64,000 nucleotides of DNA from the human T2T-CHM13v2.0 reference genome, Homo sapiens. Of this stretch, positions 43,160 through 59,013 are shown one piece after another (the first letter of the stretch is position 1; the number at the start of each line of letters is the position of its first letter). The notes under the pieces are model-generated. The model made no database searches. It saw nothing but the letters and a program-made list of their open reading frames with translations, and was not told the DNA's origin. The stretch lies in assembly GCF_009914755.1 (NCBI RefSeq), contig NC_060938.1. One strand, written 5' to 3'. Position numbers and translations under genes: made by a program.

Positions 43160-45305
43160 CTAAAAGGGCAGAAAAGGGACTTTATTGCCTTCTTACTGAA
43201 TGAAAACAAAGGTTTGGGCACATGGACACATTTTGTTTGCTTGTGAAGGATGAGGTCTATGGGTTTCAGAAGAGAAGTAAGAATGCATTCCAAATGTCCC
43301 CGGGACTGGAGAGTAGTTTCAGGACCACCTTAACTATTTGCTCAATTGGTTGTGAGTTGATTAGGGGACAAATTAGAATTCCTCCATAGTCCCCTGATGA
43401 GGTGTAGAATTGGGAAATAAGGGGTTTGGGAGGACTCACCACGTGAATCTTGTGACAAGGGAAAAAAGTATGAGCCCAGTAAAAGAAGTTTTAGACTATA
43501 ATGCTTGAAATTGCCCTAGGTAACCAATCAGAATGAAGTCTTCCAGCTAATTTCTTACTGCACTTACCATATGCTGATCAGGTGCTAAGACACCAGATCT
43601 CTCCCTTCATGTGTCCAAGTGCTTTCAAGTCATTTTTATTGGGACTGGACTTCACTTGGCAATAAACCAGACAGATGCTATGAGCCCTCCTCCAACAGAG
43701 GTGATATTTCCAATGTCACTCTTTACCCTCCCCCAAAACAAGCGTCGATTTTTGAAGACAGTGATTCAAGTTTCTGTAGCACCTGTCAGTGATGTGTAGA
43801 ATAGGGGGGCTGACTTCAGACCCCTGTCCGTATTTGTGTCTGCTGCCTAACCTACAAGTAGAGCTCTGAAGAAAAAGACCATTTGGAATTGCACCACGTT
43901 CTGTTTTCTTTGGAATAATCCAGGAAATGTATCTAGCTGCCTTGGTTCATTAGGATGAACCACAGGCCAATGTTTTAGCAATGTGCTGTGAAGTTGGATA
44001 AAAGGGGGTTTCATCTGGGGCCAAAAAAATTATTTCCCTTTTCTATATTGAAGCCTCAAGTAAGGACGAGTGATGTCGGGTGTAATGCACCACTTCTCAA
44101 AATGTGTTAATAGTTTTGAGGCAACCTGGACCCTACTGCAGTCCTAAAGGTACCTCTAGAGCTGCAGCCTGAAACTGTACATTTTAAATAAACCCTTGGG
44201 GGTTATCATGCCCAGTGAATTTGAGAATGGCCCTCAGGTGAATAGACTGATGCTGGGACAGCAGCAGCCCGTGGCTGATGTGCTGAGCTTACTGCATCCC
44301 CTCTCTGTGCCCCCGGGCTCCCTGGAGCAAGATGGAGTATAATCCCGCCAGCCAGGATTTTAGGACAGGGACATAGCCCTCCGAACGATGGTGGAAGTCA
44401 GTGGGTGCCACATGGGATGAAGACTGAGAGGGAAACCCTTAGAATTGGCTGGGCGTGGACAAAGCGGGGAAAAAAGTACTGACCAAACTCACTTCAGTCT
44501 TGGAGAACTCAAGGAACAAGGGACACACATACGTACACACACACACAGGCATGAACACATCAGACACATCCTTCAGCCTGCATACTTTAGCTTCAGATAG
44601 ACTTTTCTTTTACTAGAGGCAAAGTGATCTCACTAGAAGAATGTGTTTCTCAGGAGCTGCTAGATGGCCTGTCGCTCTGTGCCCGCTCACTGTGGACGGC
44701 TGCCCCACGTGGATGTCCATACCACAGTGGGATCCACGGCCTCACTCAAAAGAGAGCTATGGTTCCCAGATCCCTGACAAGAGGGCCACAATCTGAAAAG
44801 GGGTTCCTGGTTAGCTCTTTTAGGCTTAGCCTGAGAACAGAATTAGCCTCATATTTTTAGGCCATTTGCCATACACATTTTCTCTCATTCTCAACTGATA
44901 CGGGTGGGGGGAGATTTTCGAAAACAGTGATGTTGGTAATTTATAGTTAGTAAATAAACCATGTTTCCATATGCAAGGATTCACACCAGGGGATCCTGCC
45001 CACAGGTATCTGGAGGTCAAATTCGTATGTGCTTTCTGCCAATCTGAGCCACTGCCTCTGTGTCTCTGAGAATAATATACTCTGCAAGAAGGAAAGACGC
45101 ACAAGCAATAGTGCAGTCTTCTTAGCAGGCGGAAGTCAGCACGGTGTGCCCCCTGTGTAAGGGGAGTTGCGCTAAGCAATGTGTTTGGTGATTGACAGAT
45201 TCTCTGCCCCAGATTCTGGTTACCTCTGATTAGTAGATGCGGACATGGAATTAAGGGTAATTGAAGGATATTTATCGAGTCAGACATACACCTTAGAATA
45301 AGGCT

Positions 45306-45370
45306 TTTACTGTTCTAGAAACAATATTCCAGAAGATGAAATCATCCAGGATGCCCCAAAAATATTTATT
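45306..45370 (-). terminator. TGFB3 candidate poly(A) signals: AATAAA (45365-45370) and AGTAAA (45306-45311)
   Basis: tttatt and tttact on + strand. Confidence 0.6.
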
Positions 45371-45484
45371 TATACAAAGATTTTGAGAGTAATATTCATA
45401 CTTGTCTTTATACCTCAGTCTATGCGTCTGGGGCCAAGTCACTGTGTGGCACATGTGCAGCTTCCCCGAATGCCTCACATGTTG

Positions 45485-45491
45485 TAGCACC
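45485..45491 (-). promoter_or_regulatory. miR-29 family 7mer-A1 seed match (GGTGCTA) in TGFB3 3' UTR
   Basis: tagcacc on + strand; complementary to miR-29 seed AGCACC plus A1. Function not shown. Confidence 0.4.
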
Positions 45492-46376
45492 TGCTTCCAG
45501 GAACACCAAATGAACACAGGGTCTTGGAGGGGAAGTGGGGGAAGAACCCATAATGCCCCAAGGCTGCATGGAACCACAATCCAGAAATGTGCATCCTGAC
45601 CTGGAAGGCGTCTAACCAAGTGTCCAAGGGGAAATATGATCGAGGGAGAGGTGAGAGGAGGGACCCAGAGGGCAGACAGGAGAGGGTTGATTTCCACCCT
45701 TTCTTCTGCGTTCAGCATATCCAAAAGGCCCAATACAGTTGATGGGCCAGGAACTGCATGACCTGGATTTTCTCCCTGTAGTGACCCACGATGTTAATTG
45801 ATGTAGAGGACAGTTTGCAAAAGTAATAGATTTGCCCTTAATCCCAGACAGTATGAGATACAATTCTGGGACTTTGTCTTCGTAACCTGTCTTTAAAAAA
45901 AAAAAAAAAATGCTTGCCTTGTATAACATAATCCAGATTCCCTAGAGCAGATGTGGTACAGCAATGAGCAAATCCAACCTCAGATCTGAAGTGTCTTCCA
46001 GTCTGGCCCTGACCCAGCCATTCTCTGCCCTTCCTTCTCCCTTTAGGGTAGCCCAAATCCCATTGCCACACAACATCTCAACTTACCATCCCTTTCCTCT
46101 ATCCCCATCCCCTCTGTCTGCGTCACAGAAAGTCTGTGTGTTCTGAAGAGTTCAGCCTTCCTCTAACCAAACCCACACTTTCTTTACCACCGTGATTCTC
46201 AGAGCCAGCAAGAAAGAAATGTTCCAAAAGGAAACCTCCATCTCAGCCATTTGCCCGGAGCCGAAGGTTGTGGGCTCCAGGCCTCTCAGTGAGGTTTGTT
46301 GCTTGTGTGTTTCCCGAGGAGCGGGCAGTCAGGCAGTGGTGGTTCTCTCTCCCCTCTCTCTGTCGCACGTGGGGTC

Positions 46377-46550
<174 letters not shown>

Positions 46551-46677
46551 TCAGTGAGAGGTTGGAAGGCCAAGTCTCAGGCCTGGAACCCAGGAAGTCG
46601 CCCAGTTCCAGGGGCAGTCCCAGAAGCTGAGCAAGTGCTAGAATGGCCACGGGTGCTCTTTAAGAGGAACTGTTGGG

Positions 46678-46980
<303 letters not shown>

Positions 46981-47075
46981 CTGTTGGAACCTGGTTTGGG
47001 TGAGTGAGTAGTTGTGTAGTTGCTGTTCATCCACAATGACAGAAGCAGAACAACTGCACTTGTTTGGGGTGATGA

Positions 47076-47433
<358 letters not shown>

Positions 47434-48057
47434 TATCTTGGCTTTTAAGAAAACACTTACATTGCTCTTCCTAGCTGGAACTGATCACTTCGGTGAGAAA
47501 TGTTCTCACAAAACATTGCCTTGAGCCATTTAGTAAGTGCAGCGTGCAGGGCCCCAGACAGGATGCAGAAACAATGAGCTAGAAGGAAACATGCTTCACA
47601 AATTACTGCCCTATTTTTGATTCCCCTCAAGGGAAAGACAGACTAGTTTCAGGGGTTGTGGACTCTCGGCTATCTCACTTTCTGTTCCTAGCATTTCAAA
47701 TTAGCTTCTTGTCCATCCTTGTTGTTGTCTTTCAGAGTAAGTTTTCTACATTCGAGAGGCTGGAATGATCAGAGTTCTGATAGAAGCCTTTCTACTTCAG
47801 TGTTCCTTGCCAGCCACATGCACATATCTCTGACATAGGGTAACACGTGGCAGTTAATTAATTTCTACGGTACAGAGAGCTTTGGACAAAGCAAATTAAA
47901 AAGCTGGTTGAAACTATGGTAGGAATTTAAAAGGGCAGAATGTGACTGAGTAGAACTGAGTCAGGGTGCCAAGATCAGAACCTTCACCAGAGGAATTTTA
48001 CTCACCCCAGACCATCATTTGCTCACTCAACATTCAATCCTTCACTCATTCTTTTTA

Positions 48058-48294
<237 letters not shown>

Positions 48295-48954
48295 TCAACT
48301 TAAAACCACCAATAAAAGAAACTTCATGAATGCTCTCATATTCTCCCTTGGAGTCCTTTCATGCCATCATAGGTGGCTCTGATCAATGGAATCCCAGGTT
48401 CAAGGGCATGGGGCAGAAGAAACCAGAAAGGCACATTCATGTGTTAAAGACCAGGATCCCAAGGATGTAAGAAACAGAGATAAATGCTGCATGAGGAAGA
48501 GTAAAGAGGCAAAGGTGGCCCTGCACCCTTTTCTATCACAATACAAAGCAGTGCTATGAAGCGCTCCACATAAAACCAAGCACTGAATGTTATTAGCCAA
48601 CTCAGCTTTGTTGAGGTTGGTTTTATTTTTACCCTCCTAATGTGCACCCAGACAGAAATCAATTCTAAGTTTATGCAGCTTGACTACTATAGTAGGTGAC
48701 TGCTGAGACTCAATCCAAAGGCCATTTAGCCAAATAAGGCATATCCTTCTATTAGAACCGTGGTTCAACAGATCACCCAAATGTGATTATCAGGCCCCTT
48801 CAATTCTGTTGCCTACAGAGATCATTTGGCAATAATACCGCTTGCCAAGTGGACAGCTAGCCTCTGCTTTAATATCTGCTGAGACTTAGAACTTGCTACT
48901 TCCAAAGGCAGCTATTAGCCAAAATCTGGCTTCTTGTGGGTTCCAAGGGTGAAC

Positions 48955-49445
48955 CATGGCAGACACCATTGGTTATCTATTCAATAACCATTCCTAACTC
49001 CCTTCTCCCTTGTGACATCCCATTACAGAGTCGAAAACACCAGATGCTCCTTTTCCTGTCCTCCCTTGAGAGTAGCGGTGGTCATGTGACCCAGTAATGA
49101 CCCATCAGACAAGGAGAAGTATGCAGGGGGTAAGGGCAAGTTCTGGCAAAGATATTCGATTATTTATAAAAGTGACAGATGGAAGAAGAAAGCTTCTGGC
49201 TCTTCCCCTTCCCTCATTCCTTCTTGTCTTAAATGTGGACAAGGTGCCTGAAGCCCTAGCAATCACTTGTGACCATAAGGAAAAGGATGAAAAGCCAACA
49301 TACTAAGCATGGCAGACTGGAAAGAGAGAAAGCCTGAGTCTTCGGTGGCATCATTAAGCAGCCAGCCCACCCTAACCCTGCTGCTACAGGCCTCTTGTGA
49401 ACAAGAAATCACTATGATTAAAGTCACTGGCCAAGATCATTCGTT
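48955..49445 (+). mobile_element. Old MaLR/ERVL LTR in TGFB3 intron 5
   Basis: ggcagacacc..ccattcc..ggtcatgtgaccca..cctaactgat terminus. Confidence 0.5.
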
Positions 49446-49507
49446 CCTAACTGATTCGTTCCTAACTGATAACTGATTCGTTCCTAACTGATTTGTTCCT
49501 AACTGAT
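49439..49507. repeat. 15-bp minisatellite ATTCGTTCCTAACTG x4 plus a partial unit
   Basis: Directly visible. Confidence 0.9.
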
Positions 49508-50507
49508 GGAATAAATAAATCTACATGCCAGCCTTTGTGGCAACTACCTTGCCTCTCCTATACCTTGCTGTTGAGCTGTTCCCCCAACTGAACATCCCTA
49601 GTTTCCCAAGCCCAACCATCCTCATAAGACATGGTTTCCAGATCTAAATATTTCCCAATTCGTTCTCCCCAGCTTCATTTCGGCATCCTCTGAGGCCAGA
49701 TGGACTCACTCACTCATGCTCCTTCCTTTACCTGCAGTGCTTCCCCTCCTGGATCCCTTCATCCCCAAACCTCATCCTTGAAGCCTCTGCTCAAATTCCA
49801 CACCCTTCTGAAGCCTTTCCTGTGTCCATAGGTGAACTCATTGCTCCCAGTTAAAGCACTTAATCCTTCGGACCCTCTCATGGGCGTGATCATCTTCTCC
49901 CTTTTAGTAGTTGGCATGCATACTTTATCCTCCCTTTATAAATGAGCAGTGAAACTGCTCCTGAGTAAGAGAAGCTGGGTCTTTTCTATCTCTCTATTGT
50001 GGCTACCCAGTAATTTCTGAATTCATTTGTTAATTTCTCTAGCTCCAACTTTCCGTTCAAATGGAGACCATTCTATTTGCCTCCATCCAGTAGCATCCTT
50101 GGACCCTTCATAGGGAACTAACTGAGCACTTCTTTAATGGAAACTCCTACATTAATCTCACACATACACTCTACAAGTGCTTAAAACATGGAAATCATGG
50201 AGAGGCTTTGACCAAGCCTCTCCAATCCAAACTATTTTAGCAACACTCCTCCTCACAGAGTTTTCCTCATTTACTTCAGCCAGCTCCTTCCAGAGTTAGC
50301 CTATGGAAAAACAGTGGGACTCCCAGGAAAACAGAAAGAGATTTCACAGAGAAAATCTCTGTGAGAGATTTTCAGTCTTCTTCCTGGAGATGTTTGTGAA
50401 TAGCATCAGGGACCCTCTGTTGAGTGTGGCTTGGCTCTGGGGCCTGACCTAGCCATTGGGCAGTAGGCAGGCAGTAGATGTTGGTTCCCATGTGGGCCCA
50501 GTCTCAC

Positions 50508-50679
50508 CGGAAGCAGTAATTGGTGTCCAAAGCCCGCTTCTTCCTCTGACCCCCCTGGCCCGGGTTGTCGAGCCGGTGTGGGGGAATCATCATGAGGATT
50601 AGATGAGGGTTGTGGTGATCCTTCTGCTTCTTGAGGCGCCCCAGATCTCCACGGCCATGGTCATCCTCATTGTCCACGC
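50508..50679 (-). CDS. TGFB3: TGFB3 exon 5 (172 nt; RGD at 50645-50653, furin site RKKR at 50534-50545, start of mature ALDTNYCF)
   Basis: Within ORF 50504-50752; acceptor cttcttcag|, donor CG|gtgag. Confidence 0.98.
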
Positions 50680-50988
50680 CTGAAGAAGGGAAGGAAAGTG
50701 ACAATCTCCTGTCTGAAGAGAGCAGAGCCCTTGGAGGCTGCCTCCTCCACACGCCCCATCACTGCCCAGGAGGAGGGGCAGTGCAGTCTGCGAGGGAGGT
50801 GTGGGGGACAAGTGCAGCTTAATTCTGATGTCCAGGTGCAGAAAGGGGAAGAGCAGATGGAGAAGCCAGTATCAAAAGAACTCATTATTATTGTAAGGAT
50901 GCCCACTGAAAGATGCCCCGTGTTCAGATCCCCATACCCTTGTATAGAAATCTTCCAAGGGGCAGAAAGCCCTTGCTGAGATTCCTAG

Positions 50989-51428
<440 letters not shown>

Positions 51429-52732
51429 TGAATGGACCAAGATAACGCAGAAGTCCTACCAAAAATTTAAGGTGTCACAACTTAAGATAGCCTGAATGGG
51501 AGCCAAAGAAACAAGACTGTATAATTGTTAACATTCACATTGCACTTAGAGTCTTTGAAGTGTTTTCACTATAAAATTCAGATGAGATAATGAAGCATAT
51601 GATAAATAGCAAATAAGCTCTGGAAAGAAAATCTAAATTCATCAACCCGTTTCATCTGAAAAAAAAGGAAAAGACTGGAGACTGACTTAGAAAGAGTCTC
51701 AACTAAATGGAGATCGATTTTGCGAAGGACAGCTGCCAACTGTTGTCCATCCTCACTGAGGACAGGAACATGAGGAATTAATTTACATAGCTACAGGAGT
51801 GGCTCGGGTCTCAGGAAGGGGCACCAGATCTGTAAGATAAATGAGAGACCTGGATCACAAATCCCTTTTTCTGAAAATCTTTATGAACAAGATAAGTATT
51901 CACTGAAATGGGAAGGTTTCATCCTAAGCTGGCCTGTAGGTAAGGACTCCAAAGGTCCTCTGGGCTCTAAGGTTCTGTGGTTACAGTGTCAAATCTTTGG
52001 CTTTAAGAAAAGGCTGTAAAATAGAGCCCATGTGGGGTAAGATCACTGTCCAGCGCTGAGCCAAAAGAGGCCTGCACCTTTTCCCAGACAAGCCTCTGAC
52101 CTCAGGCGTTCCGCAGTTACCCAAAATGGGAATATGAAAGGAAAAGAGAACTTCCCTGAACTCCAGAGATCATCAAGGCTGAGTTCCTTGCAAACATAAT
52201 GGAAAACCAGAAATGACTCTCAACGACTTCGCCATCTCTACCCAAACACCCCGGGGACAAACACCCTGAGGCTCGAAGCAATCATCCAAACCCAGAGGAC
52301 CCCTGGGCAAGGTCAGGTAGGCCCTGCACATCTGGAAAGCTCAGTTGTCTGGGCACTCATGTTCAGGACAGCCAAACTTAATTTCTTTTAGGGAGGAGGA
52401 AGACAAGTCCTATCTGTTGAGCATTTCTGGCACTGTGTTCCTTATTCATTATCTCATTTAATTGCCTGACAACACTGTGAAAGAGGAACTCTCATCCCAT
52501 TTCACTAGGACCAGAGGCTAGATGGCTTGCCTACACAGTTTCACCACTTACCAGTACGTGTTGTCTTCCAGAGGCTAATGCATTCTCTAAGCTATAAACT
52601 GAAAGTTACACTCATTGCTTTTGGGGCAAAGCAGAATTACTCAAGTACAAAATAGTCGGCTATCTCTCTGAAGGAGCTTGGTTTCTTTTCTTGAGGTCTG
52701 GTAAGGGTCTCCTGCACTATCCTGTCCCATTA

Positions 52733-52981
<249 letters not shown>

Positions 52982-55900
52982 CTATAGGGACTCATAGGAA
53001 CTGAGTTCTATTGAGGGTCACAGGAGACAGAAAGTGCCTCCAGAGCTCAGAGTGGACCTTCAAGCGCACGTTGCCACATTCCAGGTATTCCTGTTGTATT
53101 ATGAATCACCAAATGGGGGCATACACTAGTGGCCATCATGAAACAGAAGTGGAATAATCATTCCCTTTGAAAGGATGGTATTAAGAGAAAATTGTCACCT
53201 ACCTACTTGGAGGCAAAAGTACACAGATACAGTAAGGAAAGCAAAAACTCATGCCATCTACATGGTTTTTGGGAGAGGGGATCGTTGAGCCAATCTACTG
53301 CAGAAGGATCAGGGCAAGAGGCAGAGGGACTGGAAGAGACTACGGACAGGGAGTAACTAAAGAGTCTCCGAGCACAGAGACTGTGATTCAAAAGGCCACA
53401 AATTCAAAAAGCCACAGGATGTAATGCTGGCAAAAAGATTCAAGTCAGGAACCAATGCTAGAGGCAAGGTCACTTGCAAACAGGAAGCAGAATCCGTCTC
53501 AGTGGAAGATGCAAGCATTTCTACCAGGGCCATGACTGTGGGCCTAGACAAAGTGGCAGATTCTAGAAGAGATAAGATGAAGATCACGGTTACACTGGGC
53601 CATATTTTTCCTAAGGAACAAGGACACAACGAGGTAAAAATTACTTGGACATTTCTTCTTTGGGAATCCTTGTTCACCATGATGGGAAGTTGGAATGTGG
53701 ATTGCTCACCAAGATGAACAGCTTGGGAAGACAGTTGTGAACTTAGAAAACAGCACAGAGGAGATGATAGAGAACTATGGCTGAGGGTCCAGATGACTTG
53801 AGCACGGAGACAGTGAGCATGATGAAGCCTGGAGGTGCCAGGGTTTGGTGCCTGACATTCTGGTGCGTGAAGGGCAACTCCAGCCCATTCGCCTAGTAGT
53901 TGTGGGATCACATGTTTTGGCAACCAAAATCAAGGAAGCAGGAACTCAGTAAATGAGGTTGAGTGAAGTGAAGGAAAAAGAAAGAAAATGAAAAGTCTGC
54001 ACTGAGACAAGTAGTTTTACACAGAAAACCAGGTAGGATCTGGTATCATGTCAATTCTGGTGGGTAAGACTTAATTTGGGAAGCTCTGTTGATCCTGGGA
54101 TAGCAGCCAGTTGTGGCCAGGTGTAGGAGAGGTCATGGGGGATGGACCTCTCTGGATTCAGGGTCAGCCTCTCGATGAGTTGATTGATTTGCTGCTCCCT
54201 GAGGCCACACACCATGTGTGTGAGCATCTGGCCTTGGAGACAACCTGGAGTCTTCCTGAAATTGTGCCATCAGGGCAAACCCCAAAAAGTCCAACCTGGC
54301 CCAGCAACCTTCTCATAGACAGAAGGATACAAGCCTACAAGACTGGAGATTCCCATCAACATTAGGTTGGCTTGGACATCCCAGTCCTACTGGTTAAAAC
54401 CCAGCTCCTTTCTTCCATAAACTCCAGAGCCTAACCAGATCTGCTCTACCCTAAGTCAGGGCAACCTCTGAGGCACACTGCGCCTGCTGAGCTTGAAGAT
54501 CTCTGTTCCAGCAGGTTCGCTCAGTGAGGGAAGGCAGACCAATAAAACAAGGCAGCTGAGACCCAGCTGGAGGAGAAGTGAATGGAGAGGGAGGTATGAG
54601 GATTGCCCTCTCCCTGGGTTAAGGCAGCTGGAAGGAGGAGCCAAAGTAGCTGAAATGGGCTACCTAACAACACAGTGTACCTCCTGGTCAAGCTGGTTCA
54701 AGGCAGGCTGGAAGAGACCTGGAGTGAGTGAGTTCCATGATTCTGTGAGTTAGAAAGTCAAGGTGCAGACAGCTGTGTTGGGGAGAGTGAGGGTCCAGGA
54801 TGTAAGCACAAGAGGGTGGCCTGGCTTGGCCAACAGGCTGTATCCAGATAGAGGACTTAGAGATGATGACAACAATCACTAACTTATTCTATCTCTATAA
54901 TAATCCCATAGAGCAAGAACTATTATCCCCCATTGTACAGATAAGAACACTGAGGCTTAGGGAGATTAAACAGCTTGCCCAAGATATCCAACCAGTGGAT
55001 AGTAGTGCCAGGATTCAAGCACTGACAGCTTGATGCCAGATCCCAAACTCTTGTTAGAGACAAGGAGGGGTAAAGAGGGGGCAACAGAGACCACCAAGGA
55101 AGATGCCCACACATTCACCAACATGCAAGATGGTTGTTTCCCAGTGTCCCACCTTTCCTGAGCCATGATGCTGAGAGGCTCCCTCCCCAGCCTACTAGGG
55201 GAGGCCTGGCCCTGCCTAGCTAGGTGCTGCAGACTATATGAGCAATAGCACAAGGGTATGAGACCTGGGTCCCCAGCGGCCCTTGTGGACTCCAACCCAC
55301 TCTGCGACCCAGAATGCAGCCTGGGTACCTGGTGCACAAGGGCTCTCAGATGTTTGCTGAATGAATCCAAGACCACATGTGTGACTCAGTTTTCTCATCA
55401 ATCTACACCGCCAACTGCTCCAATTTGGAGTCCTTTGTTGCCTGGTTTGAAGCCATGAACTCTGAAGAGACTCATGGGCTCTCTGTAAGTACAAACCTGT
55501 GTGATGATTCCCCTGTGGGAAAGGTGGGCAGTATCTGCCTAAGTGTGAACTGAAGGTTCCAATGAAGAACTAACCTCAGAATTGGCAGCTGTGGGGGTGG
55601 TGGGTGGGGGACCCATAGGTTTTATTACGAAATTATCTTTTTGATGTCTCAGGAGGATGGAAATCATTCTCAATGCAAACTTCTCATTGAGTTCTGCAGC
55701 TGTGAAAATAAGAACTCCTTCAAGTGCCCAGGGCTTCAAAGAAATCCAGGTGGAGCTGATCAAAATCAGACAGGGAAGTTAAGAGATTAATTTCCCCAGC
55801 CCCTCCTTTCTGTAGCCGTCTGAGTCAGAATTCCCAACAGAGCTGCTGTCGGCAGATCCACGTGGGTTCTCCTAGGCTCTTGCCTTCATGCTCAGTAGGA

Positions 55901-57463
55901 GGGACAGGATGAAATTCCTGGGTACCCTTGGGACTGGGGCAGGATCTTCAGCCCACCATCTGCCAACTCAGCCACTGGATAATTCCCCTTGGATGGGGAA
56001 TTTTCTCATTTATGTGACTTGCCTGGGCTCCGTGGCATCAAGCAATGCAAACTCGATGGCTACCGAGCCCAGGCAGGTCACGTAAGTGAGAAAATCGAGC
56101 CAGCACATGATGCTAAACAGGAACTGCCAGCCTCACTCTTGGGGAACAATAGGGAATGGTGGGGGCTGCGGGGACTGAGGATGCATACCCCATCTCAAGG
56201 GGTGGCCGGTACTCATCTCTGACGGATGGTTATCAGGAAATCTTTCGATTTTTCAAAAACAGCAAGAAGTCCAGGTTTTATGTGAAATCTCCTGACTTAA
56301 AACACCCAAAACTGTTGATGACTAGTCAAATCGAAAACAATGTGCAGGCCAAATAGTTTGTAAGCTCTGCCTTTGAGCTTTAACTCTTAGTTGCCTAAAA
56401 CACCAAGGACTTAGAAGGATCCACCTGCCTCAGGGACTCTGGGCATCAATATGTGGATGGTCTGTGGCTTTATAGCAGCTGATGACAGGAGAAAACCTTG
56501 CCCAAGAGGAAGAGAAGGAACAGATGGGACTGCCATCTGTGACCCCAACCCACTGAGCATCAGACCAGGCAGTACCAGCCAAGAAAAGGGAAAGAAACAC
56601 AGAGGATGGTGTCATGAGACACCAAAGTTCTAATCCAGACTGGACGACCTCGGTCAAGTCACTTAACTTCTCTCGGCCTGTTTCCTTATCTAAAATAAGA
56701 AAAGCTTACTCTTGTAAAACATGGTAAAAACCATGAAGTTCTCTCAAATACATTTGATCCTTAAAACAGCTCTGTGAGGCATACATAGAGGAGGAACCAT
56801 TGCCTGATTTTCCAGGTGAAGGCAGTGTGTGGGTAAGATATTTGGGACATGTGAAGTTTGATATGCCTCCAGGATAGCTCTACTTGCATGACGACCCGGC
56901 CTTTTAAACTTAACTGGGCAGAACAGAACCTGTTCTTCTCCTAGGCCCCCTATTTCAATAAGTGATACCACCTGGATGTCGAAAAAATTTAGAAGTTATC
57001 TGGAATGCTCTTGTGTCCTCACATCCCATACCTAATCAGCCTGTGCTACTGGCTACCTTCAAAATACAGAACAAATCCATCTGATCGTCATATCCACTGC
57101 TACCGCCCTAGTCTCGGCCTAGATATTGCTCTCATCTGGGCTGCCGCCGTGGCTCCTAACTCATTTTCCTGCCTCTTCCCTTGACCTCCTGGAAACTAGA
57201 GGGATCTTTTAAAGATGTCAATCAAATCACCTCACCCAGCCCCTCCTCCCTGTAGCTGTCTGAGTCAGAATTCCCAACAGAGCTGCCGTTGGCAGATCCA
57301 CGTGGGTTCTCCTAGGCTCTTGACTTCACACCCAGTAGAGGGACAGGAAGGAATTCCTGGGTATCTTGAGTATCCCCAGCTCTGGTTATAGCACTCCCAC
57401 ACTTCTCATCACACCTGGAATAAGTCCTGAAACCTCGCCATGACCTGATGATGTTCTAAATTA

Positions 57464-57805
<342 letters not shown>

Positions 57806-58314
57806 AAATTATATGGCCCCAGCAACCTCCCTGACCACCTCCCCTCCTCTTCCCCTCCCCAGCTCACCATGCTCCAGCCACACCGATCTGTTTGCTGCTG
57901 CTGCTAGAACAAATCAAGCTTATTTCCACTTGAGGGCCTGGGCCTCCCTGTTGCCTTTGCTTAGCACATCCCTTATTCTGATCTTCATGGGCTAAATCCT
58001 TATCATTCAGATGTCAATGCATGAATTTCTTCATCATAGAGACCTTCCCTGTTGGACTCCACCCACTCATTGTCACATTGCCCTCTTTCTATTTCTCATA
58101 GTTCCTATCCCTGTGGCTGCATCCCCAGGGCCTGTCTTACAGTGAGCATTTAATAAACATTAGTTGAGTGAATGAATGGAGGATACTCAGTGGCAAAGCT
58201 AGGGTTTGAACCCAGATCTCTGACTCCCTTAATTCTGTCCTCTTCCCTCCATTTCATGGAGGACTAAGGGACCTGAGGTTCATTCTGAAATGCTTATCTG
58301 AAGGGTCCACCTAC

Positions 58315-58444
58315 CTCTTCTCAACAGCCACTCACGCACAGTGTCAGTGACATCAAAGGACAGCCACTCGGCAGTGCCCCGTGTGGGCAGATTCTTGCCA
58401 CCGATATAGCGCTGTTTGGCAATGTGCTCATCTGGCCGAAGGAT
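58315..58444 (-). CDS. TGFB3: TGFB3 exon 3 (130 nt; [13 protein letters not shown]...VREWLLRR)
   Basis: Manual translation (absent from ORF track); acceptor ctgtag|, donor GAG|gtaggt. Confidence 0.97.
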
Positions 58445-58629
58445 CTACAGGGCAGAGAAAGGAGTGAGTACCCGAGACCAGGACAGAGTGCCCCAGAAGA
58501 TGTCACAATGCAGAGCACAGGTGAGGGAGCGATAGGAAACCAGTGGTTCCTGAATGCCATGGCCCTCGAGCACCTTAGCTAACTCTTAAGTGTTTTAATG
58601 ACAGACACAGATACGGAAACGAAGGCTCA

Positions 58630-59013
<384 letters not shown>

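Larger units (their letters stand above)
45290..46376 (-). other. TGFB3: TGFB3 3' UTR (end approximate)
   Basis: Repeat-free sequence after the stop; U16 tract at 45895-45910; candidate poly(A) signals near 45306-45370. Confidence 0.8.

Noticed and set aside
44826-45929. 105-153-aa ORFs in and after the TGFB3 3' UTR
   Set aside because: No homology recognised; within UTR or flank; consistent with random ORFs.
49439-49507. CRISPR-like repeat appearance
   Set aside because: No unique spacers; eukaryotic minisatellite.
53357-53923. 188-aa ORF on the TGFB3 strand in intron 3
   Set aside because: No recognisable domain; exons 3 and 4 join in frame without it.
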